Positions 39,469-50,201 of a DNA stretch of 64,000 bases are shown piece after piece. Every line of letters starts with the position of its first letter. Positions within the stretch are counted from its first letter, which is position 1. This DNA comes from Candidatus Geocrenenecus huangii. GTDB taxonomy: Archaea > Thermoproteota > Nitrososphaeria_A > Caldarchaeales > Wolframiiraptoraceae. The notes below the pieces were generated by a model. It was not told where the DNA came from and ran no database searches. It worked only from the letters and a program-made list of their open reading frames with translations. The stretch covers positions 23,591 to 87,590 of the forward strand of contig JALNLM010000007.1 in NCBI GenBank assembly GCA_023254095.1, in the 5' to 3' direction. Both the position numbers and the translations under genes were made by a program.

Positions 39469-40596
39469 CTACTTTCCTACTTGGATGAACCTCCCCTTCA
39501 GCTTCTCCATTACTTTGGGTAATGTGGTGTACTCCATCTCCTCTATCTCGATTCTAGCAGGCATAATCTCGCCCATGGTCCTCATGTAGATCGCTACCTT
39601 AGTGGCGAGCTCCCTACTATACTCCCACACGGGATCTTCAAATAGATCGACAGGTTCTTCCCCTTCTACTCCAACAAGTATTCCATTAGATATCTGCCAA
39701 CCCATAGCGACTACTCTCGGCGGCCCATCGAAGTAACTTATGACGTTCTGTTTCTTCCTGAAGCTAACGGGCATTAAGGGTCCGTAATGGCTCCCCCTCA
39801 TCCATCCAGGGACAAGATGCGGAATAGCAAATGCAGAGAGAATTTCTCCAACGGCTGGGAACCCTGCCTGTGCTCTAACAATTAATACTGGATCATCCTT
39901 ACCAACATATTTTCCCGCAATATATGATAATCGTGTCGTAGAGGCTGACGCTGCAGGCTCGTTATCTTTCGCTCTATATACTCTAGAGATAACGTATCTG
40001 TTTATTGTTCCTATCAAGCTTAGCAGATCATACGTTTCTTCAGGGGTTTTCAATCTGACTACTTTTCCCTCTATCAAATCCATTACTTCGAATATGAATC
40101 CATCGTGTAGGATGGGGTCAATGACGAGTCCAGCTGTATTGGAGGGATCTGCGAATATTCTATATAGAATTAGATTCCAGGCTGCTGGGCTAGTTTTATC
40201 TGCAGCGAATACTATTATGGGGTCTGAACTTCTTTCTTCAAATTCTAGTTCTGCAACACCTGGACCCATGCCTTTTATATTTCCACTAAAAGCGTTCTTG
40301 AGTAGGTCTTGCCCCGCAGCGTAGAGTTTGAGAGGTTTACTAACCTTCTCTGTAATCTCCCTGAAGATGTCCCATGCAAGTTTATGGACTTCAGGGTCGT
40401 CTTCTCCTCTCTCATGAGTCATTACGAGACCTATATCATCTCCGACAGAGTAGACATGGTAGCTTTTGATAAGCTTAGAATCTCTAGCTTCAGAAAGTTT
40501 TTTCCTCGCGTATTCAATCATCTCACGGGTTGGGCAAGTATGTCCGGCCACTGAACCTACATCCGCTTTTATTACCGAGACTGTAGTCTTAACCAA
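39469..40596 (-). CDS. fbp: Bifunctional FBP aldolase/phosphatase
   Basis: SVIKADVGS..GH, GQDLL, GMGPG, YVGKDDP, GWMRGSH. Confidence 0.95.
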   Translation of the reverse strand: MVKTTVSVIKADVGSVAGHTCPTREMIEYARKKLSEARDSKLIKSYHVYSVGDDIGLVMTHERGEDDPEVHKLAWDIFREITEKVSKPLKLYAAGQDLLKNAFSGNIKGMGPGVAELEFEERSSDPIIVFAADKTSPAAWNLILYRIFADPSNTAGLVIDPILHDGFIFEVMDLIEGKVVRLKTPEETYDLLSLIGTINRYVISRVYRAKDNEPAASASTTRLSYIAGKYVGKDDPVLIVRAQAGFPAVGEILSAFAIPHLVPGWMRGSHYGPLMPVSFRKKQNVISYFDGPPRVVAMGWQISNGILVGVEGEEPVDLFEDPVWEYSRELATKVAIYMRTMGEIMPARIEIEEMEYTTLPKVMEKLKGRFIQVGK

Positions 40597-40719
40597 TTTA
40601 CTTCAAATTATAGTTAATCTAGGCATGAAAATCTTTTTCCAACCCATATTGGAGGGGAGAAAGCTTGATAGGTTTTTATTTAACCGCTCGAAAATGTACA
40701 TGGTAGAGGTGACTAATCT

Positions 40720-41694
40720 ATGCCGAACAGCGGATCTACTGCTCCTAGAGTATCTCTGCTCAAGCTTAGGTTATCTATGATAGGTGTATGGGCGCTTGTA
40801 ACAGCTTTGGCAACGCTTGTCCTAGTAGCAGTCTTATCAATTCTAGGGATACCCTACTTCGGGCTTTATGGAATACTTGGATTCGTTGTATTCTTCCACG
40901 TCTTCCAATGGCTTATAGGGCCCTACATTATCAATGCTGTTTACAGAGTTAGAGAAGTAAAGGAAGAAGAGTATCCATGGCTTCACGAGCTAGTTCATAG
41001 ACTGTCTAAAGAAAGTGGAATGAGTAAAACTCCCAAACTAATGGTCGCAGAGATAGATATACCTAATGCTTTTGCTTACGGCAGCCCATTAACTGGGAAC
41101 ATGGTTGCGGTAACTAGAGGTCTTCTGAGGAATCTAGACAGAGATGAAGTCGAGGCAGTTGTAGGTCATGAGATAGGTCATCTAAAACATAGGGATGTAG
41201 TCGTGATGATGATGGTAAGCATCATCCCAGCCATAATATATTATCTAGGGTATACTCTCTATGTCTCCGGATGGATGGGTTCAGGAAGTAGGGAGAGAGG
41301 AAACGGCGGAGCAATAGCTTTAATTCTAGGTATGGGCTTAATCGTTCTCAGCTTCATCTTCAACTTGTTCGTCTTCTACATGAGCAGGCTAAGAGAATAT
41401 TATGCAGACGCACATTCAAGTAAGGTAGCGAACAATGGAGCTAGAAATCTTCAGAGGGCACTCGTAAAGATAATGGTGGCGTCGGGAAGAATCAGTAGAG
41501 GAACTAGAGAAAAATACGAACAGTTCAAGGCGTTCTTCATATCTGATCCAGAGGTTGAGGTTAAAGCATATAGAGAAGACGTTGATAGACTTATCGAAGA
41601 AGTCAAGAATCAGAAGCCAAGCATCTTCGTAGAAATATTTAGTACCCACCCGCATCCAGCGAAGAGATTGAGATTCCTCGACCAATTCGTCTAA
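40720..41694 (+). CDS. htpX: Membrane zinc metalloprotease HtpX
   Basis: PNAFAYG, HEIGH, SRLREYYAD, FSTHP. Confidence 0.92.
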   Translation: MPNSGSTAPRVSLLKLRLSMIGVWALVTALATLVLVAVLSILGIPYFGLYGILGFVVFFHVFQWLIGPYIINAVYRVREVKEEEYPWLHELVHRLSKESGMSKTPKLMVAEIDIPNAFAYGSPLTGNMVAVTRGLLRNLDRDEVEAVVGHEIGHLKHRDVVVMMMVSIIPAIIYYLGYTLYVSGWMGSGSRERGNGGAIALILGMGLIVLSFIFNLFVFYMSRLREYYADAHSSKVANNGARNLQRALVKIMVASGRISRGTREKYEQFKAFFISDPEVEVKAYREDVDRLIEEVKNQKPSIFVEIFSTHPHPAKRLRFLDQFV

Positions 41695-41771
41695 AGTAGT
41701 TAAACACTATATTTTTCAGCAAACAATCCTTTTAAACAGGATAGTAGGTATTAGGCTACGGTAGTATAAAG

Positions 41772-43085
41772 ATGAGTGTAGTCAAGATACTTGAAGGGTT
41801 GAAGCTTACTAGATTTCATTATGTATTGTTAACCATTTCATCGCTTGTCTATGGGTTAACTGCTATGAACGTAATGCTGATAGGAGCACTTCTTCCAAGC
41901 ATTAGGTCTGAATGGAGACTTTCTGAAACAGAAGCCGGCATACTGCTTAGCTTCGGCTATCTCGGAATGTTCTTCGGAGCTATCCTCAGCGGCTTAATGT
42001 CTGATAGATTTGGAAGAAAATATACAATGGTCCTGATGATACTGGTAAGCTCTTTTTTCACGGGGTTATGTGGAGTTGCATGGGATTATACTAGCATGGC
42101 CATCTTCAGGATAATTGCGGGATTTGGGCTAGGTGGAACACTTCCTATCCCTGCAGTATATATGTCTGAGTATCCTCCCGCAAGATACCGTGGCAGATTC
42201 GTAGGTATAGTTGAAACATCATGGGTTTACGGAGTAATACTCTCCATAATCCTGGCAAGGCTAATCACTCCACAGATAGGTTGGAGAAGCGTCTTCTCAA
42301 TCTCATATATCCCTATCATCCTTATCCCTATACTCATATACTATGCACCCGAGTCGTTAAGATTTCTAGAAAAGAAAAAGAAGATAGATGATATCAGAAG
42401 GGTCCTAACAAAGTATAACCTAGTAAGCAACGTAGAAAAAATTAGTATAGAATCGGAGAGAGAAGATAGAGTTTCCTTGAAGACTCTATTCTCTGAGAAA
42501 TTCCTGAAACGCACAATCGTGTTATGGATATTGTGGGCTGTGCTCGTCTATACTTACCATGGAATATTCATCTGGCTACCATCAATATATGCGTCTCTAT
42601 TCAAGTATGAAATTGTTAGAAGCCTAGAATGGGTACTAGTAATAACACTCGTCCAAGTACCTGGATACTACAGTGCAGCTTTCTTATTAGATAAGATAGG
42701 GAGAAAAGGAGTTCTAATATCTTACCTGATGATCGCCGGAGTTGGATGTATACTTTTAGCCCTCACGACTCAACTGGAGCTCATATTAGCATACAGCGGA
42801 GTTATATCCTTCTTCAATCTTGGAGCATGGGCTGGACTATACACTTATACTCCGGAGCTCTATCCAACTAAGCTTAGAGGTACTGGTACAGGAGTAGCGG
42901 CAAGCATAGGCCGACTCGCAGGAATATTTGCGCCTTCCATCACCGGCTACTTGTTCGAGGTTAGCGGAGGTCTTCTCCTTCCAGCATTTACCGTTTTTGC
43001 CTCTGCTCACATAATTGCTTCAGTGTCTACACTAGTATTAGGTGAAGAAACTAGGAATAGAACTCTAGAGGAGATCTCTAGGTAG
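41772..43085 (+). CDS. MFS transporter (SV2/sugar-aromatic acid-like)
   Basis: SDRFGRK, EYPPARYRG, PESLRFL, PELYPTKLRGTG. Confidence 0.9.
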   Translation: MSVVKILEGLKLTRFHYVLLTISSLVYGLTAMNVMLIGALLPSIRSEWRLSETEAGILLSFGYLGMFFGAILSGLMSDRFGRKYTMVLMILVSSFFTGLCGVAWDYTSMAIFRIIAGFGLGGTLPIPAVYMSEYPPARYRGRFVGIVETSWVYGVILSIILARLITPQIGWRSVFSISYIPIILIPILIYYAPESLRFLEKKKKIDDIRRVLTKYNLVSNVEKISIESEREDRVSLKTLFSEKFLKRTIVLWILWAVLVYTYHGIFIWLPSIYASLFKYEIVRSLEWVLVITLVQVPGYYSAAFLLDKIGRKGVLISYLMIAGVGCILLALTTQLELILAYSGVISFFNLGAWAGLYTYTPELYPTKLRGTGTGVAASIGRLAGIFAPSITGYLFEVSGGLLLPAFTVFASAHIIASVSTLVLGEETRNRTLEEISR

Positions 43086-43088
43086 GCT

Positions 43089-45068
43089 CTAGAGTTCTTG
43101 TTTAATTCTAGATACTCCGTAAGAGTCCTTGTATACGGTTATTAGGTTGTCTGCTTCTTCTATACCATACCCATGATGAGTAACAATTATCGCCTGCCTC
43201 ATGTATTGTCTCAAGCCCGATAAGCTACTCAAGAGAAGTTGTAGATTTTCCTGGTCGACACCATATGTGGGTTCATCTAGGATTATTAGATGTTTGAAAT
43301 TGATAAAATGTAACATCGATAATCTAAGAGCTAGAGAGATCAGCGTCTGGTGTCCTCCGCCAATCCTACTTGCAGGAATGGGGTTAGCCAGACCCCAGGG
43401 ATAAACACTAACAGAATATGTCTGAGAGTCTATGATTATCGAACGGTAGATTCTCTGGTCTGTCATAGTGTTCAATATATCGAGAGCCCTAGATGCTAGA
43501 ACAGCTAAGATAGTTTCTCTCTTCTTCTCCAACACCTCTTGGATCTTCTCTCTTAGGCTACTAGCTAGACTCGACGCCCTCGCTCTCAACTCTAGTTCTT
43601 TCAATCTCGACTTCTCAGACTCAAGTCTCTTCAGCAGATCTTCTCTAGTCTTAACCTTGCTAGACAACCTCATATTTAGTTCTTCTAGTTTCTTTCTTCC
43701 TGATTGGATCTTCTCCGGAGATGGGAATAGATAACTAATCTTCTCTATCAGAGCAGGATCCTTAACATCGACATCTATCCCTAACGATCTCAGCATTACC
43801 CCGACTTCAGCTTCAAGCAAACCAAGTACCTTCAAGATACTGCTCTCTCTATCTTCTAAATCTCTAAATGTACCAATTATCGCACGTAGCTTCTCACGTC
43901 TTTCTCTAACCTCTCTCTCCTTTTTCTTCTGCTCTTCAATTTTCTTCTTCAAAGCCGAGGTTTCATCCTCTGAGCTACGGAGTAACTCTTCGAGTTGAGC
44001 TAGCTGGTCTTCTTCATCGTTTATCATCTCGAATAATATCAGCTGGTTTATTTCTTGTCCACATGTTGGGCATACCCCTTTACCAGTTCTTAGTAATTGT
44101 TGATGTTGTTCTAGGTGTTGTCTTAGATTTTCCAGCTTACCAGATATAGAAGCATTCTCGATAATCCTCCCATTCAGCCTCTCCTCCAACTCCTTTATCT
44201 CTCTTACTAGTCTTTCTAACTCATCCTTCAATCTCGCCTCCTCCTTGGCTACTGAATCAATGTTCTCGAGAGCGTACCTAGATAAGAAGTCCCGTCTCGT
44301 ATTCTTGACCTCCTGCAACCTACTCTTCTGTTTTTCTATTTCTCTTATTTTCTGAAATAGTATGGGGATGTTCGAGGATTCCATCGACGCTATTTCTCTT
44401 TTTAATTCTTCTATTTCTATTGAGACCTCCCGTATATCTTCCTCTATCTCTTTCAAACGTTCTTCATAGGATGGGATAATATGCATAATTAGATTCCTGT
44501 ACTCTGTCTCAACATCCATGCCATCTATTCTCGATAGCTTCCTTCTTGCCTGGTCCACCTGTTCGGAGAGTTCTTGAAGCAAGCTTATACCTAGAATAGT
44601 ATCGATCTCTTCTTTCCTAGGCTCCAGAATCTCTGTCATCTTCCCCTGTCTAGTATATATTATCCAATTAAATGACCTGTATCCTACCCCTAGGAGTAGG
44701 CTGATCTTTCTCCTCAGATCTTCTAAATTCTCTACTTGGTTTTCTTTACCGTTTACTATGAACTTAACCGCAGAGGTATAAGCTCGACCATGCTTAACCT
44801 CGAACCTCCTATATACTTCGATGCTTGAACCATCTTTAGGGCTTCTAAACTTAATATAAACTTCCGCATCCTTAACTGTCGGCCTACATGATAAGAGGAG
44901 TCTGTTCTCGATTCCGGGGACAGCTCCAAACAATCCGAAGACTATGCTGTCTAGTAGTGAAGTTTTGCCGACGGAGTTTCTGCCCGTAATAATGTTTAAG
45001 CCCTCGGTGAATCTTGCTTCTGCTTTTTCATATCCTTCAAAATTCTTTAACCTTACTTCTTCAATCAT
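43089..45068 (-). CDS. rad50: Rad50/SbcC-like ATPase
   Basis: Walker A GRNSVGKTS, Q-loop, coiled coil, CPTC zinc hook, LDEPT, VTH. Confidence 0.85.
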   Translation of the reverse strand: MIEEVRLKNFEGYEKAEARFTEGLNIITGRNSVGKTSLLDSIVFGLFGAVPGIENRLLLSCRPTVKDAEVYIKFRSPKDGSSIEVYRRFEVKHGRAYTSAVKFIVNGKENQVENLEDLRRKISLLLGVGYRSFNWIIYTRQGKMTEILEPRKEEIDTILGISLLQELSEQVDQARRKLSRIDGMDVETEYRNLIMHIIPSYEERLKEIEEDIREVSIEIEELKREIASMESSNIPILFQKIREIEKQKSRLQEVKNTRRDFLSRYALENIDSVAKEEARLKDELERLVREIKELEERLNGRIIENASISGKLENLRQHLEQHQQLLRTGKGVCPTCGQEINQLILFEMINDEEDQLAQLEELLRSSEDETSALKKKIEEQKKKEREVRERREKLRAIIGTFRDLEDRESSILKVLGLLEAEVGVMLRSLGIDVDVKDPALIEKISYLFPSPEKIQSGRKKLEELNMRLSSKVKTREDLLKRLESEKSRLKELELRARASSLASSLREKIQEVLEKKRETILAVLASRALDILNTMTDQRIYRSIIIDSQTYSVSVYPWGLANPIPASRIGGGHQTLISLALRLSMLHFINFKHLIILDEPTYGVDQENLQLLLSSLSGLRQYMRQAIIVTHHGYGIEEADNLITVYKDSYGVSRIKQEL

Positions 45069-45179
45069 CTCCTCTTCCGTAAGTTATAGAGATCTCGCTT
45101 GTAATAAATAGTCAGTAGGTTAATTCAAGCGTTATGTATAGGCTCCGCTTAGAAAACAAATCCATAGAAGATTATTCTC

Positions 45180-46472
45180 TCATCTTTTCTCTGTTTTACT
45201 CATTAGTATCTTGAGCCATTTATCGATGAACACCGCCCGATCTGAATCTTTTAAGAGACCTGTCTTCTCACTTGCTTTTTCCTCTAAAGCTATAGATGCT
45301 TCTTCGATCAATTCTACTAGACCAGGCTCCTGACCTAGTTCTTCGAGAAGGTCTTTGAAAATATCCTCTCTCGACATCGATGCTCCCTCCATCGGTCTTC
45401 CTCTAATTATAGGTGTCATGTTTTCATCTACTTCTAGATATAGGATAGAGGGGTTCTTTTCCTTAATTCTTCCAATTTCTTCCTCCGCAAGTATTCTCAT
45501 GAAAGGGTCAGCGTCTATGACTACACCTGAAACTCTTATCTTCAGGATTCCTGGAATATTCTTCACTCTTAATTCATCTATAAAGATGGAGACTTCTTCT
45601 AAGACTCTTTGTCTAAACCATTGGAAGGGCTTTGGCTCCTCTGAGGTTACTTTCTTGAAAGAGATGTATTGAGATGGAGTTAACTCGATAAACTTCTCTT
45701 CTACTTCTTTTTCACAACCTATATCTAATATAGATACCCCGAATGGACCTTTCTCGGCTAAGTCTACCGCCTCCGTCGCTCCAGGTATGAGGAAGAGAAG
45801 ATTGCCGACCTTTCTTAACTCACTCCTTTCATGGTAATGTCCTAGGACAACCATATCTACATTGATCTTCTGCAAGTCATCTAGGCCTGCTACTGAGTGG
45901 TCGGGAGTATGTGGAGGTATATCATGGATCTCCTCTACGTAATTGTGTAGTAAAAGTATCTTAAACTTGCCATCTCCATGGGATTCCACGATCCCCGCTA
46001 AGTTGTTCAATTGGTCTTCGATCTTCTTCTTTATGAATGGGTGGTAGCCCAGCCCCACAGCTAGAATACTATCATCTTCATAGTATCGGAGTTCTTCTTT
46101 TATGCTTTCCCCCACTATTTGTAGATAGTCTGCTAAAGGATGGGTTATGTATTCGAGGACGCAACTACTTGGTGTCCCATCATGATTGCCTCTAACAATA
46201 AGTATCTTAACGTTCTTGCCATGTTTCTCTCTAGAGACTCTGGTCAGCCTATAGAATTCATCCTTAACGAAGACAACGTCCTCTGGAGTCATACTTCTCT
46301 TTTCGAATAGATCTCCCCCATGTATTACGTAATCTACTTGATTGTCGATGAATATGTCGATGGCTTGTTTGAAGGCTTCTCTAAAAGCGTGCCGTCTCGC
46401 ATCTCCAACAATTCTAGGAATATTCCTACCCACGTGAGTATCGCTGAAAACACCGATCCTCAGCATTCCCAC
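45180..46472 (-). CDS. mre11: Mre11/SbcD-like nuclease
   Basis: SDTHVG, GDLFE, GNHD, LLH, LGHYH. Confidence 0.87.
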   Translation of the reverse strand: MGMLRIGVFSDTHVGRNIPRIVGDARRHAFREAFKQAIDIFIDNQVDYVIHGGDLFEKRSMTPEDVVFVKDEFYRLTRVSREKHGKNVKILIVRGNHDGTPSSCVLEYITHPLADYLQIVGESIKEELRYYEDDSILAVGLGYHPFIKKKIEDQLNNLAGIVESHGDGKFKILLLHNYVEEIHDIPPHTPDHSVAGLDDLQKINVDMVVLGHYHERSELRKVGNLLFLIPGATEAVDLAEKGPFGVSILDIGCEKEVEEKFIELTPSQYISFKKVTSEEPKPFQWFRQRVLEEVSIFIDELRVKNIPGILKIRVSGVVIDADPFMRILAEEEIGRIKEKNPSILYLEVDENMTPIIRGRPMEGASMSREDIFKDLLEELGQEPGLVELIEEASIALEEKASEKTGLLKDSDRAVFIDKWLKILMSKTEKR

Positions 46473-46542
46473 CCATAGCAGACTAGTTACTCCCTGGTCT
46501 TAAAGAATACTATTATGGTCTTCTTCTCATAATTTTCAATGT

Positions 46543-47013
46543 TCAACCCGTAGATTCTTCTAGAATTCTTCTATAAATCTCCAGAAGCTGTTTCTGTGAT
46601 TCATGCAATTTATTTATCATCTCGTTAAGTTCTCCGATATATTTCTTCAGGTCTTCTATTCTCTCAGTGATGGTTTTTAGAGAGTTCTCCAGTGTAAGCT
46701 GCATTGGGCCAAATCCTTCATGCAGTTCATCTCCGATAGTTCCATATTTCACCGTGAACGTTTTAACCTTAGGGTCTGGCTTCGCGTCCTCGATATCAAA
46801 CTCCTTCACCGTCGTTGGTGGTGGAGGGTTTCTTATCTGCTCCATAACTTCTTTTAATAGGTTTTCTTCGCCTTGAAGAAATAAATGCAGGTTTCCTTCA
46901 GATGTAATCTCAACATAGCCTGCTAATCCTTTTTCCCTCATCAACTCGACGATATGCCATCTATATCCTGTTCTTAGAACTCTCCCCGCTATCTTAATCT
47001 TTACAGCTTTCAT
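46543..47013 (-). CDS. Acylphosphatase-like domain plus C-terminal coiled coil
   Basis: I.GRV..TGYR...GL.GYV fold pattern; heptad-rich tail; start at 47013 preferred. Confidence 0.7.
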   Translation of the reverse strand: MKAVKIKIAGRVLRTGYRWHIVELMREKGLAGYVEITSEGNLHLFLQGEENLLKEVMEQIRNPPPPTTVKEFDIEDAKPDPKVKTFTVKYGTIGDELHEGFGPMQLTLENSLKTITERIEDLKKYIGELNEMINKLHESQKQLLEIYRRILEESTG

Positions 47014-47051
47014 GATAGCTACGTTAGTCCACGTGAGTATTTTAAGATTGT

Positions 47052-48509
47052 TCAATATGCTCTAGCAAGGTACACTACAGTCTTGGCAGAGTTTCCACAT
47101 GCGATGCATGGGCCGTTAGGGTGCTCAGCTATATCATATCTTTCCCCTCTAATCTCTCCACCCACTGTTTCCTTAATCTTCTGCGCACATTCTATTGAAC
47201 CGCACCATGCTACTCTAGCTATACACTTATTATCTATGGCTTTAGATGCTTCTTCCATTGTTCCAGCATCAATAATCAATTTACGAAGCATTCTTTCACT
47301 TTTCTCTCTAAGATTCTGTATTATGCTCTCCATCAATCGCTCCACCTCCCTAGAAAGGTTTAACCTACTACATTGTATTCTCTCAAGCGTATCCCTACGA
47401 GTCAAGGTTACTTTTTCTTCAAGAATCTCTCTCGGACCGACTTCTATTCTTACTGGAGCCCCCATCATCTCCCAGTAGTAAAATTTCTCTCCTGGGGTTA
47501 TATCTTCTCTATCATCTAAGACCGTTCTCCATTTCTCTCTCAGTTCAGCAAATATGTTCTCTGCATAATCTAGTACTTCTTTCTCTTGACCTTTAAATAA
47601 TATTGGGATTATCACTATTTGGGTTGGTGCCACAACAGGTGGGAGTACTAAACCTCTATCGTCGCCATGCTGTGCAATTATAGCCGCTAGAACCCTGCTG
47701 TATCCGAATCCATAGCACAATTGGTATACATATCCTCTTGAACCATCCTTCTTCTCGAAAGATATATCGTATGCTTTCGAGAAGTTTCTTCCTAGATTAT
47801 GAACTGTTGCTACTTGGTTAACTTTACCATCTGGATTCCAGCTATCAAAAGCTATTGAATAGACTGCTCCCGCAAACTTGTCGAAGTCAGGTCTCTTTAA
47901 TAAGATGAAGCTTATCCCAAGTTCTCTAAGAACTTGACTGTAGATCTCTATTGCTTCTCTAACTTGTCTCTCTGCATCGCTTGGAGATTCATGTGCCGTA
48001 TGCCCTTCGTTCCACGGGATCTCTCTAACTCTGTATAATGGTCTAGTAGCTTTCGTCTCGTACCTGTAGACATTGACGCTTTGATGGACTTTAAGAGGTA
48101 GGTCGGCGTGGCTTCTTATCCAGAGCTTAAACATTGGATACATTATAGTCTCAGATGTTGGTCTAATAACTAACCTACGTTCTGAGCCCTTCTCATCCTT
48201 CTGCTCTATAACGAAGACCTCGGTTGAAAAACCCTTGATATGTTCTGCTTCTCTAGAGAAGAACTCCTCAGTGGTTACAAGTGGAAAGAGCATTAGTTTA
48301 TGTCCCGTCCTTTCAAGCTTCTCCTCCAAGATTCTTCTAATTCTCTCCATAATATATGCTCCGTTCTCCAAGTATACTAGGAAGCCCTTTACGGGGAATC
48401 TGTTATCCGCTATCCTTGCTTCCAGCAAGAGTTGATCGAACCATTCTGTAAAATTAGAGAACTTATGCAAACTCGTTACTTGCTGGCCTTCACTTGTCAT
48501 CTTCCTCAA
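47052..48509 (-). CDS. proS: Prolyl-tRNA synthetase (archaeal/eukaryotic type)
   Basis: RPTSET, YRYETKATRPL, EGHT, GLVLPP, C-terminal ARAY. Confidence 0.95.
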   Translation of the reverse strand: MRKMTSEGQQVTSLHKFSNFTEWFDQLLLEARIADNRFPVKGFLVYLENGAYIMERIRRILEEKLERTGHKLMLFPLVTTEEFFSREAEHIKGFSTEVFVIEQKDEKGSERRLVIRPTSETIMYPMFKLWIRSHADLPLKVHQSVNVYRYETKATRPLYRVREIPWNEGHTAHESPSDAERQVREAIEIYSQVLRELGISFILLKRPDFDKFAGAVYSIAFDSWNPDGKVNQVATVHNLGRNFSKAYDISFEKKDGSRGYVYQLCYGFGYSRVLAAIIAQHGDDRGLVLPPVVAPTQIVIIPILFKGQEKEVLDYAENIFAELREKWRTVLDDREDITPGEKFYYWEMMGAPVRIEVGPREILEEKVTLTRRDTLERIQCSRLNLSREVERLMESIIQNLREKSERMLRKLIIDAGTMEEASKAIDNKCIARVAWCGSIECAQKIKETVGGEIRGERYDIAEHPNGPCIACGNSAKTVVYLARAY

Positions 48510-48691
48510 TCGCTATTTTATGATATAGGCAAGCTATTAATCTTTCCATCCTAGATTTCTGAGAATCATCTTCGAGAATATCGGATATAGATCTGTAACA
48601 CTGTTCTCATAACAGCGTTGCTGAGTCATCTAGAACAGTCTTAATAGTAGTAGGAGTACCTCAATATTGGATAAGTGAAGATGAGTCGACG

Positions 48692-49075
48692 ATGTTGAGA
48701 AAAGTTGTCTTAACAAGGGTTGTACTAGACACTCTACTCGAAGTTGCGAGGAATGCTCATCCACGAGAGATGCTGATGCTACTTAGAGGTAGGAAAAAGA
48801 AGGAAGCCGTTGTAATCGATGAAGTACTTTTTGCTCCATTATCTCAGCACGATACATCTTCAGCGTATTTCCGTTTTGACCTCCTCCCACTGGATCTCTC
48901 CATAATCGGTTTAGCTCATTCTCACCCTTCAGGGCATCCTCGACCATCGCTAGAAGATCTACACCATTTCATTGGAATCATAATGTTAATCTTGACCCCG
49001 CCCTATCAGAGTGTCGAGGATGTCCACGCATTTAACTTAGATGGAGTAGGAGTAAAAGTTCAACTAGAAGATTGA
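48692..49075 (+). CDS. JAMM/MPN+ metalloprotease
   Basis: N-terminal PRE; HSHPSGHPRPSLEDL (HxH-x7-S-x2-D). Confidence 0.88.
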   Translation: MLRKVVLTRVVLDTLLEVARNAHPREMLMLLRGRKKKEAVVIDEVLFAPLSQHDTSSAYFRFDLLPLDLSIIGLAHSHPSGHPRPSLEDLHHFIGIIMLILTPPYQSVEDVHAFNLDGVGVKVQLED

Positions 49076-49239
49076 CCTCCCAGAGTCTTTATAGACGTCT
49101 CATTATCGGTAACGGAGAAGAACGTTATTTAAAATATAAGTCTTCTCAGAAAGTTGAAGGCCGAAACCTTCCATAATTTATTCTCCATCACTAATACTAA
49201 TCTTCTAAAGATGGAGAAATCGAAGTCTCGTAGTCGATA

Positions 49240-49932
49240 CTATCTTGCTTCCCAAGCTTTCAAAGCGGCTTGAGCCATGTCAGATAGAAGTCTTCTAGGA
49301 TCTTTCGCTTTTACGTAGGCGCTTGCCAGCAAGACTCCCTCCGTTCCAAGTTCGATTGCTTTCGCTACATCTTCACCGGTTGATATGCCTGCCCCACATA
49401 GAATATGTACTGAGGGATTTATCTTTCTAACTACGTCCACAGCGCCTGCTACTATTTCTGGCTTAGCTTTAGAGACAGATATCCCGGTGCCGATCAATTC
49501 TGGAGGCTCTATGGCAATTATGTCTGGAGATAAAGCTGCTCCGGCTTTAGTTGTTTCAATAGTATCTGTGCAGAGGAGCGTGATTAAATTGCTCTCCCTA
49601 AGTCTTTTAATTATTGTGGAGATATCTGCGAGAAGCATTCTCTTCTCTGAATGGTTTACTAATGAGCCAGCTACACCGCATTCTTTAATCATCTCTACTA
49701 TGACGCTTCCCGTCCAGCTTCCTGGAGGAGAGGGGTCGACATGCTGCGAAAAGACGGGGATACCTACCGCGTGGATAACTTTACTGAGCATAGTTACCGG
49801 CGGGGCCACAGCTATGCTTACTCCATGCTCTTTCGAGACTTCTTCCGCATACCTAGCTAGTCTGATACCGTTCTCTCCAATTGCCTCAAGATAGACCTTA
49901 AAGTTTAAAACAATTAATGGGAAACCCAACAT
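49240..49932 (-). CDS. tpiA: Triosephosphate isomerase, archaeal type
   Basis: NFKVY, NHSE, IEPPELIG, CGAGI. Confidence 0.95.
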   Translation of the reverse strand: MLGFPLIVLNFKVYLEAIGENGIRLARYAEEVSKEHGVSIAVAPPVTMLSKVIHAVGIPVFSQHVDPSPPGSWTGSVIVEMIKECGVAGSLVNHSEKRMLLADISTIIKRLRESNLITLLCTDTIETTKAGAALSPDIIAIEPPELIGTGISVSKAKPEIVAGAVDVVRKINPSVHILCGAGISTGEDVAKAIELGTEGVLLASAYVKAKDPRRLLSDMAQAALKAWEAR

Positions 49933-50201
49933 ACTTAAAGTAAATATGAATCATCATGAAATAAACCTTCCTCCTAAAAATGAAAGCTCATCGTACTTCA
50001 ACCCTGAAAGATTAAGCCTACAGGCCAATGAATATTTTCTAGATGGTTTTCAGTCTAAACTTCTTAAAGACTTCATTAATCCGATACAAAACTTGCCATC
50101 AACGTTCTCGCAATGATAAGAGCGGTAAAGAGCTGACAACGTGATCCTTAGAAGATGAAATCTATTTATTAAATGGAGATCTAGGATACATTTGAGAATA
50201 T

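Noticed and set aside
49156-49218. Hairpins GAAGG/CCTTC and TTCTCCATC/GATGGAGAA between the convergent JAMM and tpiA genes
   Set aside because: Short stems that match no RNA family I recognise; may be 3'-end structures or chance
49933-50201. Glycine riboswitch upstream of gcvPA
   Set aside because: Consensus elements such as GGAGA, CCGAAG and CTCTCAGG are not present in the required arrangement
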